From Candidatus Methylomirabilota bacterium (lineage in GTDB: Bacteria; Methylomirabilota; Methylomirabilia; Rokubacteriales; CSP1-6), in the NCBI GenBank assembly GCA_035650715.1, contig DASRHC010000032.1, forward strand, positions 128,221-192,220: a stretch of DNA of 64,000 bases. Direction: 5' to 3'. The position numbers and the translations under genes are program-made. Positions 46,711 to 56,175 of this stretch are shown piece after piece; the first letter of the stretch is position 1, and the number at the start of each line of letters is the position of its first letter. The notes beneath the pieces are model-generated. The model was not told the DNA's origin, did not search any database, and saw only the letters and a program-made list of their open reading frames with translations.

Positions 46711-47250
46711 ATGCCCGAGTCCGTTCCGTCGTCGCTGATCATCGACGCCTTCAAGGACATCTTCCAGGCCGAGCGCGGGGCGGGGAAGCGCCACGATCCG
46801 CTCGGCTGGGTGATCAGCGTGCCCGACACCCACCAGAAGACGGTCCTGGCCGCGCTGGACAAGGAGCGCAGCCTGCGGGTGATCACCTGCTCCACCGAGG
46901 ACGACGCCAACGCGGTCGCGGCCGGGCTCTACATGGCGGGCGAGCCGGTGATCGTGATGATCCAGCACGCCGGTCTCTACGCGAGCGTGAACACCATCCG
47001 CGGCGTCTCGATGGACGGCAAGGTGCCGATCTTCTACATGATCGGCCTGCTGCAGCGCGAGAAGGACAGGGACCCGAAGGACTCGCGCCACTCCATGGTG
47101 CGCTTCGCGGAGCCGCTGCTCGACGTGTTCGGCATCCCGCACGCGCGCATGGAGGGCCCCGACGACGTGAAGCTCATCCCCGAGTACTACCGCAAGAGCC
47201 GCGAGCGCCGGGGCCCCGCCGCGGTGCTGGTGGGCCTGGAGACCGCGTGA
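46711..47250 (+). CDS. sulfopyruvate/phosphonopyruvate decarboxylase alpha-subunit-like (TPP enzyme N-terminal domain, ComD-like)
   Basis: GAAGGAG RBS. The TPP-enzyme N-terminal domain pattern is present. It is immediately followed by a beta-like subunit. Confidence 0.7.
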   Translation: MPESVPSSLIIDAFKDIFQAERGAGKRHDPLGWVISVPDTHQKTVLAALDKERSLRVITCSTEDDANAVAAGLYMAGEPVIVMIQHAGLYASVNTIRGVSMDGKVPIFYMIGLLQREKDRDPKDSRHSMVRFAEPLLDVFGIPHARMEGPDDVKLIPEYYRKSRERRGPAAVLVGLETA

Positions 47251-47822
47251 TGATGAAGCCGGAAGACGTGCTCAGGCTGATCGCGGCCGCCCGCGGCAGC
47301 GCGATCTGCGTGCCCACCATGACCACCTTGCCGGCGTGGCGCGGCATCGCCCCCGGCGATCTCTCCGTCGGCTGCGTGGGCTTCATGGGCGGCGCCTCCG
47401 CGCTCGGGCTCGGGCTGGCGCTGGGCGCGCCCGACCGCCGGGTGATCGTCCTCGACGGCGACGGCTCGCTCCTCATGCAGCTGGGCTCGCTCGCCACCAT
47501 CGCGGGCGCGGCGCCGCGCAACTTCACGCACTTCCTCTTCAAGAACGGCGTCTATCACACCTCGGGCGCGCAGGAGATCCCGGGCGGGCCGGGGGTGGAC
47601 TTCGCGGCGATGGCGAAGGCGGCGGGTTACCGCTCGACGTGCACGATCCGCACGCTCGACGATCTCGAGAAGCGCCTGCCCGCGCTGCTCGGCGACGAGG
47701 GCCCGATCATGGCGCAGCTGATCACCGGGCTGGCCGGCAGCACGCCGATGAACTCGCCGCCCGGCACGCCGTTCCACCAGCAGGTCGCCGACCTCCGCAC
47801 GAAGCTCACCGCCGCCCGATAG
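47247..47822 (+). CDS. sulfopyruvate/phosphonopyruvate decarboxylase beta-subunit-like (TPP-binding domain, ComE-like)
   Basis: TPP-binding motif GDGSLLM...N. ATGA overlap with the alpha subunit. Confidence 0.7.
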   Translation: MMMKPEDVLRLIAAARGSAICVPTMTTLPAWRGIAPGDLSVGCVGFMGGASALGLGLALGAPDRRVIVLDGDGSLLMQLGSLATIAGAAPRNFTHFLFKNGVYHTSGAQEIPGGPGVDFAAMAKAAGYRSTCTIRTLDDLEKRLPALLGDEGPIMAQLITGLAGSTPMNSPPGTPFHQQVADLRTKLTAAR

Positions 47823-47936
47823 CGCCGGCGCTTTGTAGCGCCGCCACTCCTTGGCGCCGCCGCGTTCGAGCGCCGGCGGAGCCGGCGCAACCTTCCTGGG
47901 GGGAGGCTCGGAGGGGGCCGTCGAGGCCCCTTCGAT

Positions 47937-48392
47937 CTAATACACGATGCTCAACGTCTCCGCGACCATGGCCGGCCGCGTGTTGCCCTCGACCTCCATG
48001 GTCATCTCGCTGGTGATCCGGAAGCCGTTGTCCTCCACCGGCTCCACCTTCAGCAGCTTCTGACGGAGGCGGATGCGCCCGCCCGCCGGCACCGGGGCGG
48101 TGAAGCGCACCCGATTGGAGCCGTAGTTGAGCCCGCGGCGGCGCTGCTTCACCTTCATGAGGGTCGGGGCCAGACGGGGCAGGAGGGACAGCGTGAGATA
48201 GCCGTGGGCGATGGTCTTGCCCCCCGGCATCTCCTTCCGGGCCCGCTCCACGTCCACGTGGATCCACTGGTGGTCCCCGGTGGCGTCGGCGAACTTGTCG
48301 ATCATCTCCTGGGTCACGGTGAGCCACTCGGACGGGCCCAGCGTGGTGCCCACGTGCTGCAGCAGGTCGGACGGCTTCTCCACCTCGAGCAT
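47937..48392 (-). CDS. MaoC-family dehydratase (hotdog fold)
   Basis: The ATGDHQWIHVD hydratase motif. Confidence 0.85.
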   Translation of the reverse strand: MLEVEKPSDLLQHVGTTLGPSEWLTVTQEMIDKFADATGDHQWIHVDVERARKEMPGGKTIAHGYLTLSLLPRLAPTLMKVKQRRRGLNYGSNRVRFTAPVPAGGRIRLRQKLLKVEPVEDNGFRITSEMTMEVEGNTRPAMVAETLSIVY

Positions 48393-48488
48393 GGCGTCCC
48401 TGGTGCGGCGCGGGAAGCGAGCGGGGCCTGCTCCCGCGCCACGGCAATTCCCCTCGCCCGGAGGCGGAGGGTACGGTTCACGCTCTGA

Positions 48489-49103
48489 TCAGAGCGGCCG
48501 GATCTGGACCTTCCGCCACTTGATGACGCCGCCCCGCGCGCCCTGCACGCCCGACCCGTACTGGAGCGCGAACGGCCCGGACGCATGCTTGCCGTCCTGG
48601 ACGCTCGCGGTCTGGACGCCGTTCAGCTTGACGGTGAGCTGGTTGCCCTTGGCGGTGATCTCGTAGACGTTCCAGCGGCCGCCCGCCTTGTTGGCGATCG
48701 GCACCGGGACCGCGGCCACGTCCACGATCGCGCCGGTGCCGTACTTGGGCTCGGGGCGGATGTCCCAGATGTTCACCTCGTAGCACAGCTTCGCATCGAT
48801 CTTGGTCGGATCGGCGCAGCGAATGAAGATCCCGCTGTTGGTGTCGGTCTCGGCCCAGAACTCGGCGCGGATCTCGAAGTCCGAGTAGGGGGTCTTCGAG
48901 ACCAGGTAGCCGCCCTTGCCCTGGTCCGCCGTGATGGCGCCGCCCGTCGCGCGCCAGTTGGCGTCGCCGATGGTCCAGTTCTCGAGCCCCGATTCCCCGT
49001 CGATCAGGGTGACCCATCCGCTTCCGCGGGACATGTGGGAGCAGGCGGCCAGCGCGAGCACGACCAGCAGCACGACCAGGGTGGAGCGGGTGGCGCGTCT
49101 CAT
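48489..49103 (-). CDS. DUF1080 domain lipoprotein (3-keto-disaccharide hydrolase-like)
   Basis: Lipobox LAACS. GWVTLIDGESGLENW ... NSGIFIRC is typical of DUF1080. Confidence 0.8.
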   Translation of the reverse strand: MRRATRSTLVVLLVVLALAACSHMSRGSGWVTLIDGESGLENWTIGDANWRATGGAITADQGKGGYLVSKTPYSDFEIRAEFWAETDTNSGIFIRCADPTKIDAKLCYEVNIWDIRPEPKYGTGAIVDVAAVPVPIANKAGGRWNVYEITAKGNQLTVKLNGVQTASVQDGKHASGPFALQYGSGVQGARGGVIKWRKVQIRPL

Positions 49104-49273
49104 GCGGATCTCCTTGGTGTCGGGGTCGGAACCGCAGCGGCCGCCGGCATCGACGGGCCAGGCCGGCCGCCTCCCGGCACGTCACGAGAGATTAGTCCGG
49201 GCGGCCCGCCCTGTTCAAGGAGCCCGTCACGAACGGCCGGCCTCGGGTATGATCGGCGGGCGGGACGCCCTCG

Positions 49274-50410
49274 ATGAGCTACGACGCGCCGTTCGCCGGC
49301 CTCAAGGTGGTGGACCTGAGCCAGGGAGTGGCCGGTCCCTACGCGGCCATGCTGCTGGCCCAGTACGGCGCCGACGTGATCAAGGTGGAGCCGCCGGAGG
49401 GCGACTGGGCGCGCGCGCTCGGCAAGCGCTACGGCGACCTCACCGCCTTCTCGATCGCGGCCAACCTGGGCAAGCGCGCGATCGTGCTGGATCTCAAGAG
49501 CGACGAGGGCCGCGCCACCGTCCGGCGGCTCGCCGCCGGGGCCGACGTGTTCCTGGAGAGCTTCCGCCCCGGGGTGGCGGCCCGGCTCGGGGTGGGGTAC
49601 GCGGACGTCTCCGCTCTCAACCCGCGCGTGATCTACCTCTCGGTGTCGGGCTTCGGCCAGACCGGGCCCGATGCGGAGCGGCCCGCGGTGGACACCGTGT
49701 TCCAGGCCTTCACCGGCATCATGTCGGTGAACCGCGGGACCGACGGCGTCCCGCACCGCGTGGGCGTGATCGTGATCGACATGGCGACCGCGCTCGCCTC
49801 CTTCCAGGCGGTGGCGGTGGCGCTCTACGCGCGGCGCGACGAGCCGCGCGGCCGCTACATCGAGTCGAGCCTGCTGCGCGGCGGCTCCACCATCCAGGCG
49901 GTGTCGATGATCCAGCACCACCTGGAGGGCGGCAAGCCCCAGCCCGGGCTCACGCCCTCCGGCACCTTCAAGGCGCGCGACGGCTGGATCAACCTCACCA
50001 TCCTGCGCGACGGCGAGTTCCGTACCCTCTGCGACGCCCTGGACCTGCCCGCGCTCAAGGCCGACCCGCGCTTCGCCACCAACGACGCGCGCTTCGCGCA
50101 CGTGGCCGATCTCCTCGCCGCGCTCGAGCCCGCGTTCGCGGCCCGCACCATCGCGGATCTCTCCGCCCGGCTGCGGGGCGCGCGGCTCATGCACCAGAAG
50201 GTCAACACGTATCTCGAGTTCCTCGACGACCCGCACGTGCGGGCCACCGGCGCCGTCACCTGGATCGAGCAGCCGGGGCTGGGACGCCTGCCGGTGCCGA
50301 GCGTGCCGGGCCTGCCGCCGCTCGAGCCCGGCAGCCAGCGGGCGGCGGCGCCGTCGCTCGACCAGCATCGCAAGGAGATCCTGGCCCAGCTGGAGCGAGG
50401 CGCCTGGTGA
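49274..50410 (+). CDS. CoA transferase, family III (CaiB/BaiF)
   Basis: LKVVDLSQGVAGPYAAMLLAQYGADVIKVEPP. 378 aa. Confidence 0.85.
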   Translation: MSYDAPFAGLKVVDLSQGVAGPYAAMLLAQYGADVIKVEPPEGDWARALGKRYGDLTAFSIAANLGKRAIVLDLKSDEGRATVRRLAAGADVFLESFRPGVAARLGVGYADVSALNPRVIYLSVSGFGQTGPDAERPAVDTVFQAFTGIMSVNRGTDGVPHRVGVIVIDMATALASFQAVAVALYARRDEPRGRYIESSLLRGGSTIQAVSMIQHHLEGGKPQPGLTPSGTFKARDGWINLTILRDGEFRTLCDALDLPALKADPRFATNDARFAHVADLLAALEPAFAARTIADLSARLRGARLMHQKVNTYLEFLDDPHVRATGAVTWIEQPGLGRLPVPSVPGLPPLEPGSQRAAAPSLDQHRKEILAQLERGAW

Positions 50411-50996
50411 TGGACGACCCGCTCGAGCGTCTCGCCGGCCGGCCGCTGCGCGGCGACGGCCCGTTCACCCGACGGTTCCGCGACCTGGGCGCGGCCGACT
50501 TCGCGGCGGCCGCGCGCCACGTGTGGCGGCTGCCCTACGGGCGCATCACGGAGCGGATGCGCTTCGGGCTGGTCCTCGACGAGGGGCGCGGGACCTGCAC
50601 CACCAAGCACTGGCGCGCGAGCAGGCGATCGAGGTCCAGCTCACGCTGGCGATCTACGAGATGAACGAGCGCAACACGCCGGGCGTGGGCGCGGTGCTGG
50701 CGCGGCACGGGCTCGACTGCATCCCGGAGGCGCACTGCCTCCTGCGCCACGAGGGGGCGCGCATCGACGTCACCGGGGTGCCGGCGGGCGCCGAGCCCAT
50801 CGCCCGCTTCCTGCACGAGGAGCCGATCACCATCGACCAGATCGGGGCGTACAAGATCGAGCGCCACCGGCAGTTCCTGCGCGGCTGGCTCGCGCGGCGA
50901 TCCGAGGGCGTCCGCCTGGACCTGGAGGAGGCGTGGCGCATCCGCGAGGCGTGCATCGCGGCGCTCGGAGCGGGATCGCCGGCCCGCTCCGGTTGA
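50410..50996 (+). pseudogene. hypothetical gene interrupted by an apparent frameshift near 50600
   Basis: Two consecutive ORFs in different frames (MDDPLERLAGRPL...TCTTKH and ALAREQAIEVQLTLAIYEM...) together make one plausible protein of about 190 aa. The first ATG overlaps the CoA-transferase stop (TGATG). Confidence 0.4.
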
Positions 50997-51063
50997 TGCC
51001 GTCGGGCCCACGCTGCGGCCGGCGCGACGGATCGCCGCGCCGCCGGAAAGCGCGAGAGCACGC

Positions 51064-51624
51064 ATGACGACGAAGTCGCGTCTGCTGGTGATGGGGCTGT
51101 CGCTGCTCCTGGCCGCGCCCGTCGCGGGCGCGGATCGCGTGACGTCACCCTACCGGCCGGGGACCGCGCCGGGCCTGCGGGGCTTCTCGGCCGACGAGGT
51201 GGCCGCGCTTCGAGACGGAGCCGGGATGGGGCTGGCCCGGGCCGCGGAGCTCAACGGCTATCCCGGGCCGCGCCATCTGCTCGACGCCGTGCAGGACGGG
51301 CGTCTGCCGGCCAGCGCGGAGCAGCGGCAGCGGGCGCAGGACATCTTCGACCGCATGAAGCGCGACGCGCAGCGAGTGGGCGCGCAGATCCTCGCCGAGG
51401 AGGCGGACCTCGAGGCCGCGTTCCGGGCGCGCACCATCACCGAGCCCGACCTGCGCGCCCGCGTGGGCCGGATCGCGGCCCTGCAGGGCGAGCTGCGGAC
51501 GATCCATCTGTCGGCCCACCTCGCGACCCGCGCGCTGCTCACCGACGCGCAGGTGGAGCAGTACGATCGCCTCCGCGGCTACGCGCCGGCCGCGGCCGCG
51601 CCGCCCGGCCAGCACCGGCACTGA
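51064..51624 (+). CDS. periplasmic Spy/CpxP-family protein (LTXXQ motif)
   Basis: Signal peptide. The LTDAQVEQY LTXXQ motif and helical repeats. Confidence 0.7.
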   Translation: MTTKSRLLVMGLSLLLAAPVAGADRVTSPYRPGTAPGLRGFSADEVAALRDGAGMGLARAAELNGYPGPRHLLDAVQDGRLPASAEQRQRAQDIFDRMKRDAQRVGAQILAEEADLEAAFRARTITEPDLRARVGRIAALQGELRTIHLSAHLATRALLTDAQVEQYDRLRGYAPAAAAPPGQHRH

Positions 51625-51650
51625 CCGTCCGCGCCGGCAAAGGGGGCCGG

Positions 51651-53723
51651 TCAGCTCGGGGTCTTGACGCTCGGCTCCTGCGCGGCCGGCACCGGCAGCA
51701 TGGCGGTCTCGAGCGGCGGCGCCGGGGGCAGCCCGGTCACCTCGAGAATCTCCTGCTCGCTCAGCGTCTCGCGGGCCACCAGCGCGGCGGCCAGCGCGTC
51801 GAGCTGCTTGCGGTGGCCGATGAGCAGGCGACGGGCCTCCTCGTAGGCCTCGGTGATGATGCGCCGCACCTCGGCGTCGATCGCCTCGGCGGTCGCCTCG
51901 CTGAACGGCCGGTCGACGCCGTAGCCCCGCATGGTTCCCAGGTACGGGTTGTCCCTCGGCGCCAGCTGCACCAGCCCGATCCGGTCGCTCATGCCCCAGC
52001 GGGTGACCATGCGGCGCGCGAGCCCGGTGGCCTGCTCGATGTCGTTCTCGGCGCCGGTCGTCTTCGTGCCGTACACGATCTCCTCGGCCGCGCGGCCTCC
52101 CAGGGCCCCGATGATGCGTCCCCGCAGGTACGCCTCCGGATAGTTGTACCGGTCGCTGTCGGGCCGCTGATAGGTCACGCCGAGGGCCTGCCCGCGCGGC
52201 ACGATCGTCACCCGGTTCACCGGGTCCGCGCCCGGCACCACCAGGCCGAGGATGGTGTGGCCGCCCTCGTGGTAGGCGATGCGCTCCTTGTCGGCGCGGC
52301 TCAGCAGCAGCGGCCGCTCCGGGCCCAGCACGATCTTCTCGAGCGCGTCGAGGAAGTCCTTCTCGCGCACGTCCGACTGCCCGCGGCGCGCGGCCAGGAG
52401 CGCCGCCTCGTTGACCAGGTTCTTCAGATCGGCGCCGGAGAAGCCCGGGGTGATGCTGGCCAGCTGGGCGAGGCTCACGTCGGCGGCCAGCGGCACCCGC
52501 CGGGTGTGCACGCCGAGGATCGCCTCGCGCCCGACCTTGTCGGGCAGGTTCACGACCACGCGCCGGTCGAAGCGGCCCGGCCGGAGCAGGGCCTTGTCGA
52601 GGACGTCGGGCTGGTTGGTGGCGGCCAGCACGATGATGCCCTCGCGGCTGGAGAAGCCGTCCATCTCGGTGAGGATCTGGTTCAGGGTCTGCTCCTGCTC
52701 GGTGGACCCGCCGATCGCGATCTGCCCCCGCGCGCGCCCGATCGCGTCCAGCTCGTCGATGAAGACGATGGCGGGCGCGTGCTCGCGGGCCTGCTTGAAC
52801 AGATCGCGGACCCGCGCGGCCCCCACTCCCACGATCATCTCCACGAACTCGGAGCCGCTCATCGAGAAGAACGGCACCCCCGCCTCCCCGGCCACCGCCT
52901 TGGCGAGCAGGGTCTTCCCGGTTCCCGGCGGCCCCACCAGCAGCACGCCCTTGGGCGCGGTCCCGCCGAGGCGCGTGTACTTGGGCGGGTCCTTCAGGAA
53001 GTCCACGATCTCGACCAGCTCGTTCTCGGCCTCGTCGATGCCGGCCACGTCGTCGAAGGTGACCTTGGTGTCCTTCTCCTGGTCGTAGCGGCGGGCCTTG
53101 CTCTTGCCGATGCCCATGAGCCCGCCCCCCAGGCCGCCGCCGCTCTGGGCCCGGCGGAACATCCACACGTAGAACCCGATCAGGAGCAGCGCGGGGCCGA
53201 ACCCGAACAGGAGCGTGGTCCAGGGGCTGGCGCCCTCCTGCGGGGGCTTGGCGCTGATCTGCACCCCGTGGTCGATCAGGAACGCCTCGAGCCCCGGGTC
53301 CACGAAGCTCGGCAGCGTCGTGGTGAAGGCAGTGACCTGCTTGGGGGCTTCCGCGGGCGGCGCCGGCGGCGCGGGCGCGTTCGGCTTCGACGGCTCGCTC
53401 TTGGGCGCGGCCGTCTTCTGCTCGGTGGGCGGGGGGTAGGTGACCGGGGACTTGAAGCGGCCGGTGATGGTGTCCCCCTGGCTGTGGATGGCCTGGACGT
53501 TGTTCTGGCCCACCTCCTGCTTGAACAGGGTATAGGGCACCGTCACCGGGGCCTCCGGGCTCGGCAGGAGGAAGCGGGACAGCGCGAAGTTCGCGAGCAG
53601 GATCGCCAGGAACCAGATCCAGGCCTTGCGCGGCGGCATGGACGGCGGGGTGCCGCCCCGGGGAGGCCGCGGCCGAGCCGGGCTCGGCGAGCCGCCGTCG
53701 CTGCGCTGTCCGAATGGACTCAT
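51651..53723 (-). CDS. ftsH: ATP-dependent zinc metalloprotease FtsH
   Basis: AAA Walker A GPPGTGKT, the second region of homology, and the zinc motif HEGGH. A GGAGGGG RBS precedes the ATG at 53723. Confidence 0.95.
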   Translation of the reverse strand: MSPFGQRSDGGSPSPARPRPPRGGTPPSMPPRKAWIWFLAILLANFALSRFLLPSPEAPVTVPYTLFKQEVGQNNVQAIHSQGDTITGRFKSPVTYPPPTEQKTAAPKSEPSKPNAPAPPAPPAEAPKQVTAFTTTLPSFVDPGLEAFLIDHGVQISAKPPQEGASPWTTLLFGFGPALLLIGFYVWMFRRAQSGGGLGGGLMGIGKSKARRYDQEKDTKVTFDDVAGIDEAENELVEIVDFLKDPPKYTRLGGTAPKGVLLVGPPGTGKTLLAKAVAGEAGVPFFSMSGSEFVEMIVGVGAARVRDLFKQAREHAPAIVFIDELDAIGRARGQIAIGGSTEQEQTLNQILTEMDGFSSREGIIVLAATNQPDVLDKALLRPGRFDRRVVVNLPDKVGREAILGVHTRRVPLAADVSLAQLASITPGFSGADLKNLVNEAALLAARRGQSDVREKDFLDALEKIVLGPERPLLLSRADKERIAYHEGGHTILGLVVPGADPVNRVTIVPRGQALGVTYQRPDSDRYNYPEAYLRGRIIGALGGRAAEEIVYGTKTTGAENDIEQATGLARRMVTRWGMSDRIGLVQLAPRDNPYLGTMRGYGVDRPFSEATAEAIDAEVRRIITEAYEEARRLLIGHRKQLDALAAALVARETLSEQEILEVTGLPPAPPLETAMLPVPAAQEPSVKTPS

Positions 53724-53856
53724 GGTCCCCTCCGCCGTGTCCCTCCGTTGTCAGAGGCCTCTACCTGCCGCTGAGCAGCAGTCTATCGGTTCGGAGGCGC
53801 CCGTGCGAGCGCGAGCCCCGGCGGGCCGGCGCCGGCTCGGCGGGACCGGCGCCGCC

Positions 53857-54765
53857 TCATCGATAGAGGTCGATCAGCTCCTGCAGCGCCACCATCTGGT
53901 TGCCCCGGGTGGAGGAGGGCACCACGATCAGCGTCTTCACGCCCGCCGCGGACCAGGCCTCGATGCCCTCGCGCACCGCGGAGGGCGAGCCGTAGAGCGT
54001 GACCTCGGAGAGCCAGCGGTCCGACATGAGCGAGGGGATCCGGTCCTCCCGGCCCGCCGCGATGGCGGCCCGGATGGCGTGCATCTCCTCCTCGAAGCCG
54101 GCCTCGATCCAGTAGTTCTGGTAGTTGGGCAGCTTCACGTAGCCGGTGAGCGTCCGGCGGTTCACCGCCGCGGCGGCCGCCCGGTCCGCGTCGATGCAGG
54201 TGGGCACCATGTTGCCGATGAAGAAGTCGGGGCTGGTGCGCGCGGCGGCGGGCAGGGCCTCGAGCGATCGCGGCATGTGCGAGCGCGCCCCGTTGGCCCA
54301 CACCGCGCCCTGGGCAATCTCGGCGGACAGCGCGGTCATCTTCTTCCGGAGCGTCGCGAGGATCAGCGGCGGCAGCGCGCCCGACTGCTTCGCTCCGGCG
54401 CGGAGGTCGCCCACGAACCGCCGGATCTCCTCGAGGGGCTTGCCCGCCTTCACCCCGAGGCGTGCGTGCGTCGGCCCGTGGCTCACCCCGATGCCGAAGC
54501 GGAAGCGCCCTCCCGACAGCTCGTGCACCAGGGCGGCGGTGTGGGCGAAGTCGTACGGGTGCCGGGTGTAGATGTTGGCGATGGTGGTGCCGAACGGGAT
54601 GGTGCGGGTGACCAGCGCGAGCGCCTCGCAGAGGCCCAGGCCGTCGCCCAGGCTCGGGCAGTAGATGCCCGCGAAGCCCTCCTCCTCGAAGCGCCGGGCC
54701 ATGTCGAGCGTGGCCTTGCGGCGGCCGGGGACGGCGGCGAGGCTGACCGCGGGCTTGCCGGTCAC
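53857..54765 (-). CDS. LLM class flavin/F420-dependent oxidoreductase
   Basis: Luciferase-like fold (MARRFEEEGFAGIY ... GIGVSHG). I chose the GTG start with a GTGA overlap onto the nitroreductase stop. The track ORF is over-extended. Confidence 0.7.
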   Translation of the reverse strand: MTGKPAVSLAAVPGRRKATLDMARRFEEEGFAGIYCPSLGDGLGLCEALALVTRTIPFGTTIANIYTRHPYDFAHTAALVHELSGGRFRFGIGVSHGPTHARLGVKAGKPLEEIRRFVGDLRAGAKQSGALPPLILATLRKKMTALSAEIAQGAVWANGARSHMPRSLEALPAAARTSPDFFIGNMVPTCIDADRAAAAAVNRRTLTGYVKLPNYQNYWIEAGFEEEMHAIRAAIAAGREDRIPSLMSDRWLSEVTLYGSPSAVREGIEAWSAAGVKTLIVVPSSTRGNQMVALQELIDLYR

Positions 54766-55385
54766 CGCCACGGCACCGCTCCGCCCCAGCGGTTGAGCCA
54801 CGTCGTCTCCGAGGTGGGCCGCCGCCTGCTGGGCCCGTACTTCTGGGCCGGGTAGCCCATCGGGATGCAGAAGTGGAACGTCATATCCTTCGGGATCTCG
54901 AACAGCGCGTAGAAGCGATCCATCACCTTGGCGTGGAGCGTGGTGGGCAGCGAGCCGATCCCCAGCGCGTGCGCGGCCAGCATGAGGTTCTGGCAGGCCG
55001 GGATCACCGAGTTGGCCCCGCCGCCCGGGGCGGTGAAGGCGAAGACCACGCACGGCACGTCCTTCATGTCCTCGGCGAGGCCCATCGCGGAGCGGTAGTT
55101 CTTGTCGGAGAGCGGGACGTCCTCCGGCTTGGTCCACCGGTGGTCGTCCCAGCGCTTGGCCCACCACGCTTCCTTGTAGAGCGCGCCGAACTCCCGGATC
55201 CTGGCCCGGTCGTTCACGATGAGGAACCGGCCCACCTGGTGATTGCCGCCGTTGGGCGCCTTCACCGCGGCCTCCATGATCAGGTGCAGGTCCTCGATCG
55301 GGATCGGATCCGGGCGGAGCTTCCGGGTGGACCGCTGGGTGAACATCGCCTCGCCGATCGGCATGGACAGACGGTCGTAGTGCAT
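54762..55385 (-). CDS. nitroreductase family protein
   Basis: FTQRSTRK ... PNGGNHQ is the nitroreductase FMN-binding pattern. Confidence 0.8.
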   Translation of the reverse strand: MHYDRLSMPIGEAMFTQRSTRKLRPDPIPIEDLHLIMEAAVKAPNGGNHQVGRFLIVNDRARIREFGALYKEAWWAKRWDDHRWTKPEDVPLSDKNYRSAMGLAEDMKDVPCVVFAFTAPGGGANSVIPACQNLMLAAHALGIGSLPTTLHAKVMDRFYALFEIPKDMTFHFCIPMGYPAQKYGPSRRRPTSETTWLNRWGGAVPWR

Positions 55386-55406
55386 CGGGTCACCTCTCTC
55401 GAAGGA

Positions 55407-56081
55407 TCACGCGCCGAGCACGCGCCGGAGCCAGCGGGCGATGTCGGCGATCTCCTCGGGTGAGACGGAATGGGGGATCGCGTACTGGTGCCACTCGATC
55501 GCGTAGCCGAGCGCGGCCAGCTGCGCGCGGCTCTGCTCGGCCAGGGCCAGCGGGATCATCGGGTCGTGCACGCCGTGGGCCCAGAAGATCGGCACCGCGC
55601 GGTTGGCGGGCGCGGCCTCCGCCTGGAGCGTGCCCGCCAGCGGCAGGTAGCAGGAGAGCGCCATCACCCCCGCGAGCCGCTCCGGGTGCCGCAGCCCCGT
55701 ATGCAGGGCCATCGCCCCGCCCTGGGAGAAGCCGGCCAGCACGAGGCGCGCGGCCGGGATCCCGCGCCGCCGCTCGCGCGCGATGAGCGCCTCGACCTGC
55801 CGCGCGGACTGGCGCACGCCCGCCTCGTCCTCGCGGCGGACGCCCGCGAGCGCGCGGACGTCGTACCACGCGCGCATCACGTGGCCCTGGTTGATGGTCA
55901 CCGGCCGGAGCGGCGCGTGGGGGAACACGAAGCGGACGGCGGGCCGCGCGGGCAGCCCCAGCTCGGGCACGATGGGCTCGAAGTCGTGACCATCCGCTCC
56001 CAGGCCGTGCAGCCAGATCACGGCCGCGGTGGGGTCGGGCGCGGTCTCGATCTCGATGGCGTCGAGGAGCGGGTCGGCCAT
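55407..56081 (-). CDS. carboxylesterase/phospholipase family alpha/beta hydrolase
   Basis: WLHGLGADGHDF and the nucleophile elbow GFSQGG. I trimmed the start to MADPLLD. Confidence 0.8.
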   Translation of the reverse strand: MADPLLDAIEIETAPDPTAAVIWLHGLGADGHDFEPIVPELGLPARPAVRFVFPHAPLRPVTINQGHVMRAWYDVRALAGVRREDEAGVRQSARQVEALIARERRRGIPAARLVLAGFSQGGAMALHTGLRHPERLAGVMALSCYLPLAGTLQAEAAPANRAVPIFWAHGVHDPMIPLALAEQSRAQLAALGYAIEWHQYAIPHSVSPEEIADIARWLRRVLGA

Positions 56082-56175
56082 GGCGCGGTCGCGAGTATAC
56101 GTCAGCGCCGCCCCGGAGGGCGACGGCGGCCCGCCGCGATTGACAGGCACCCCGCCGGATCCTATCGTCGCCGCC

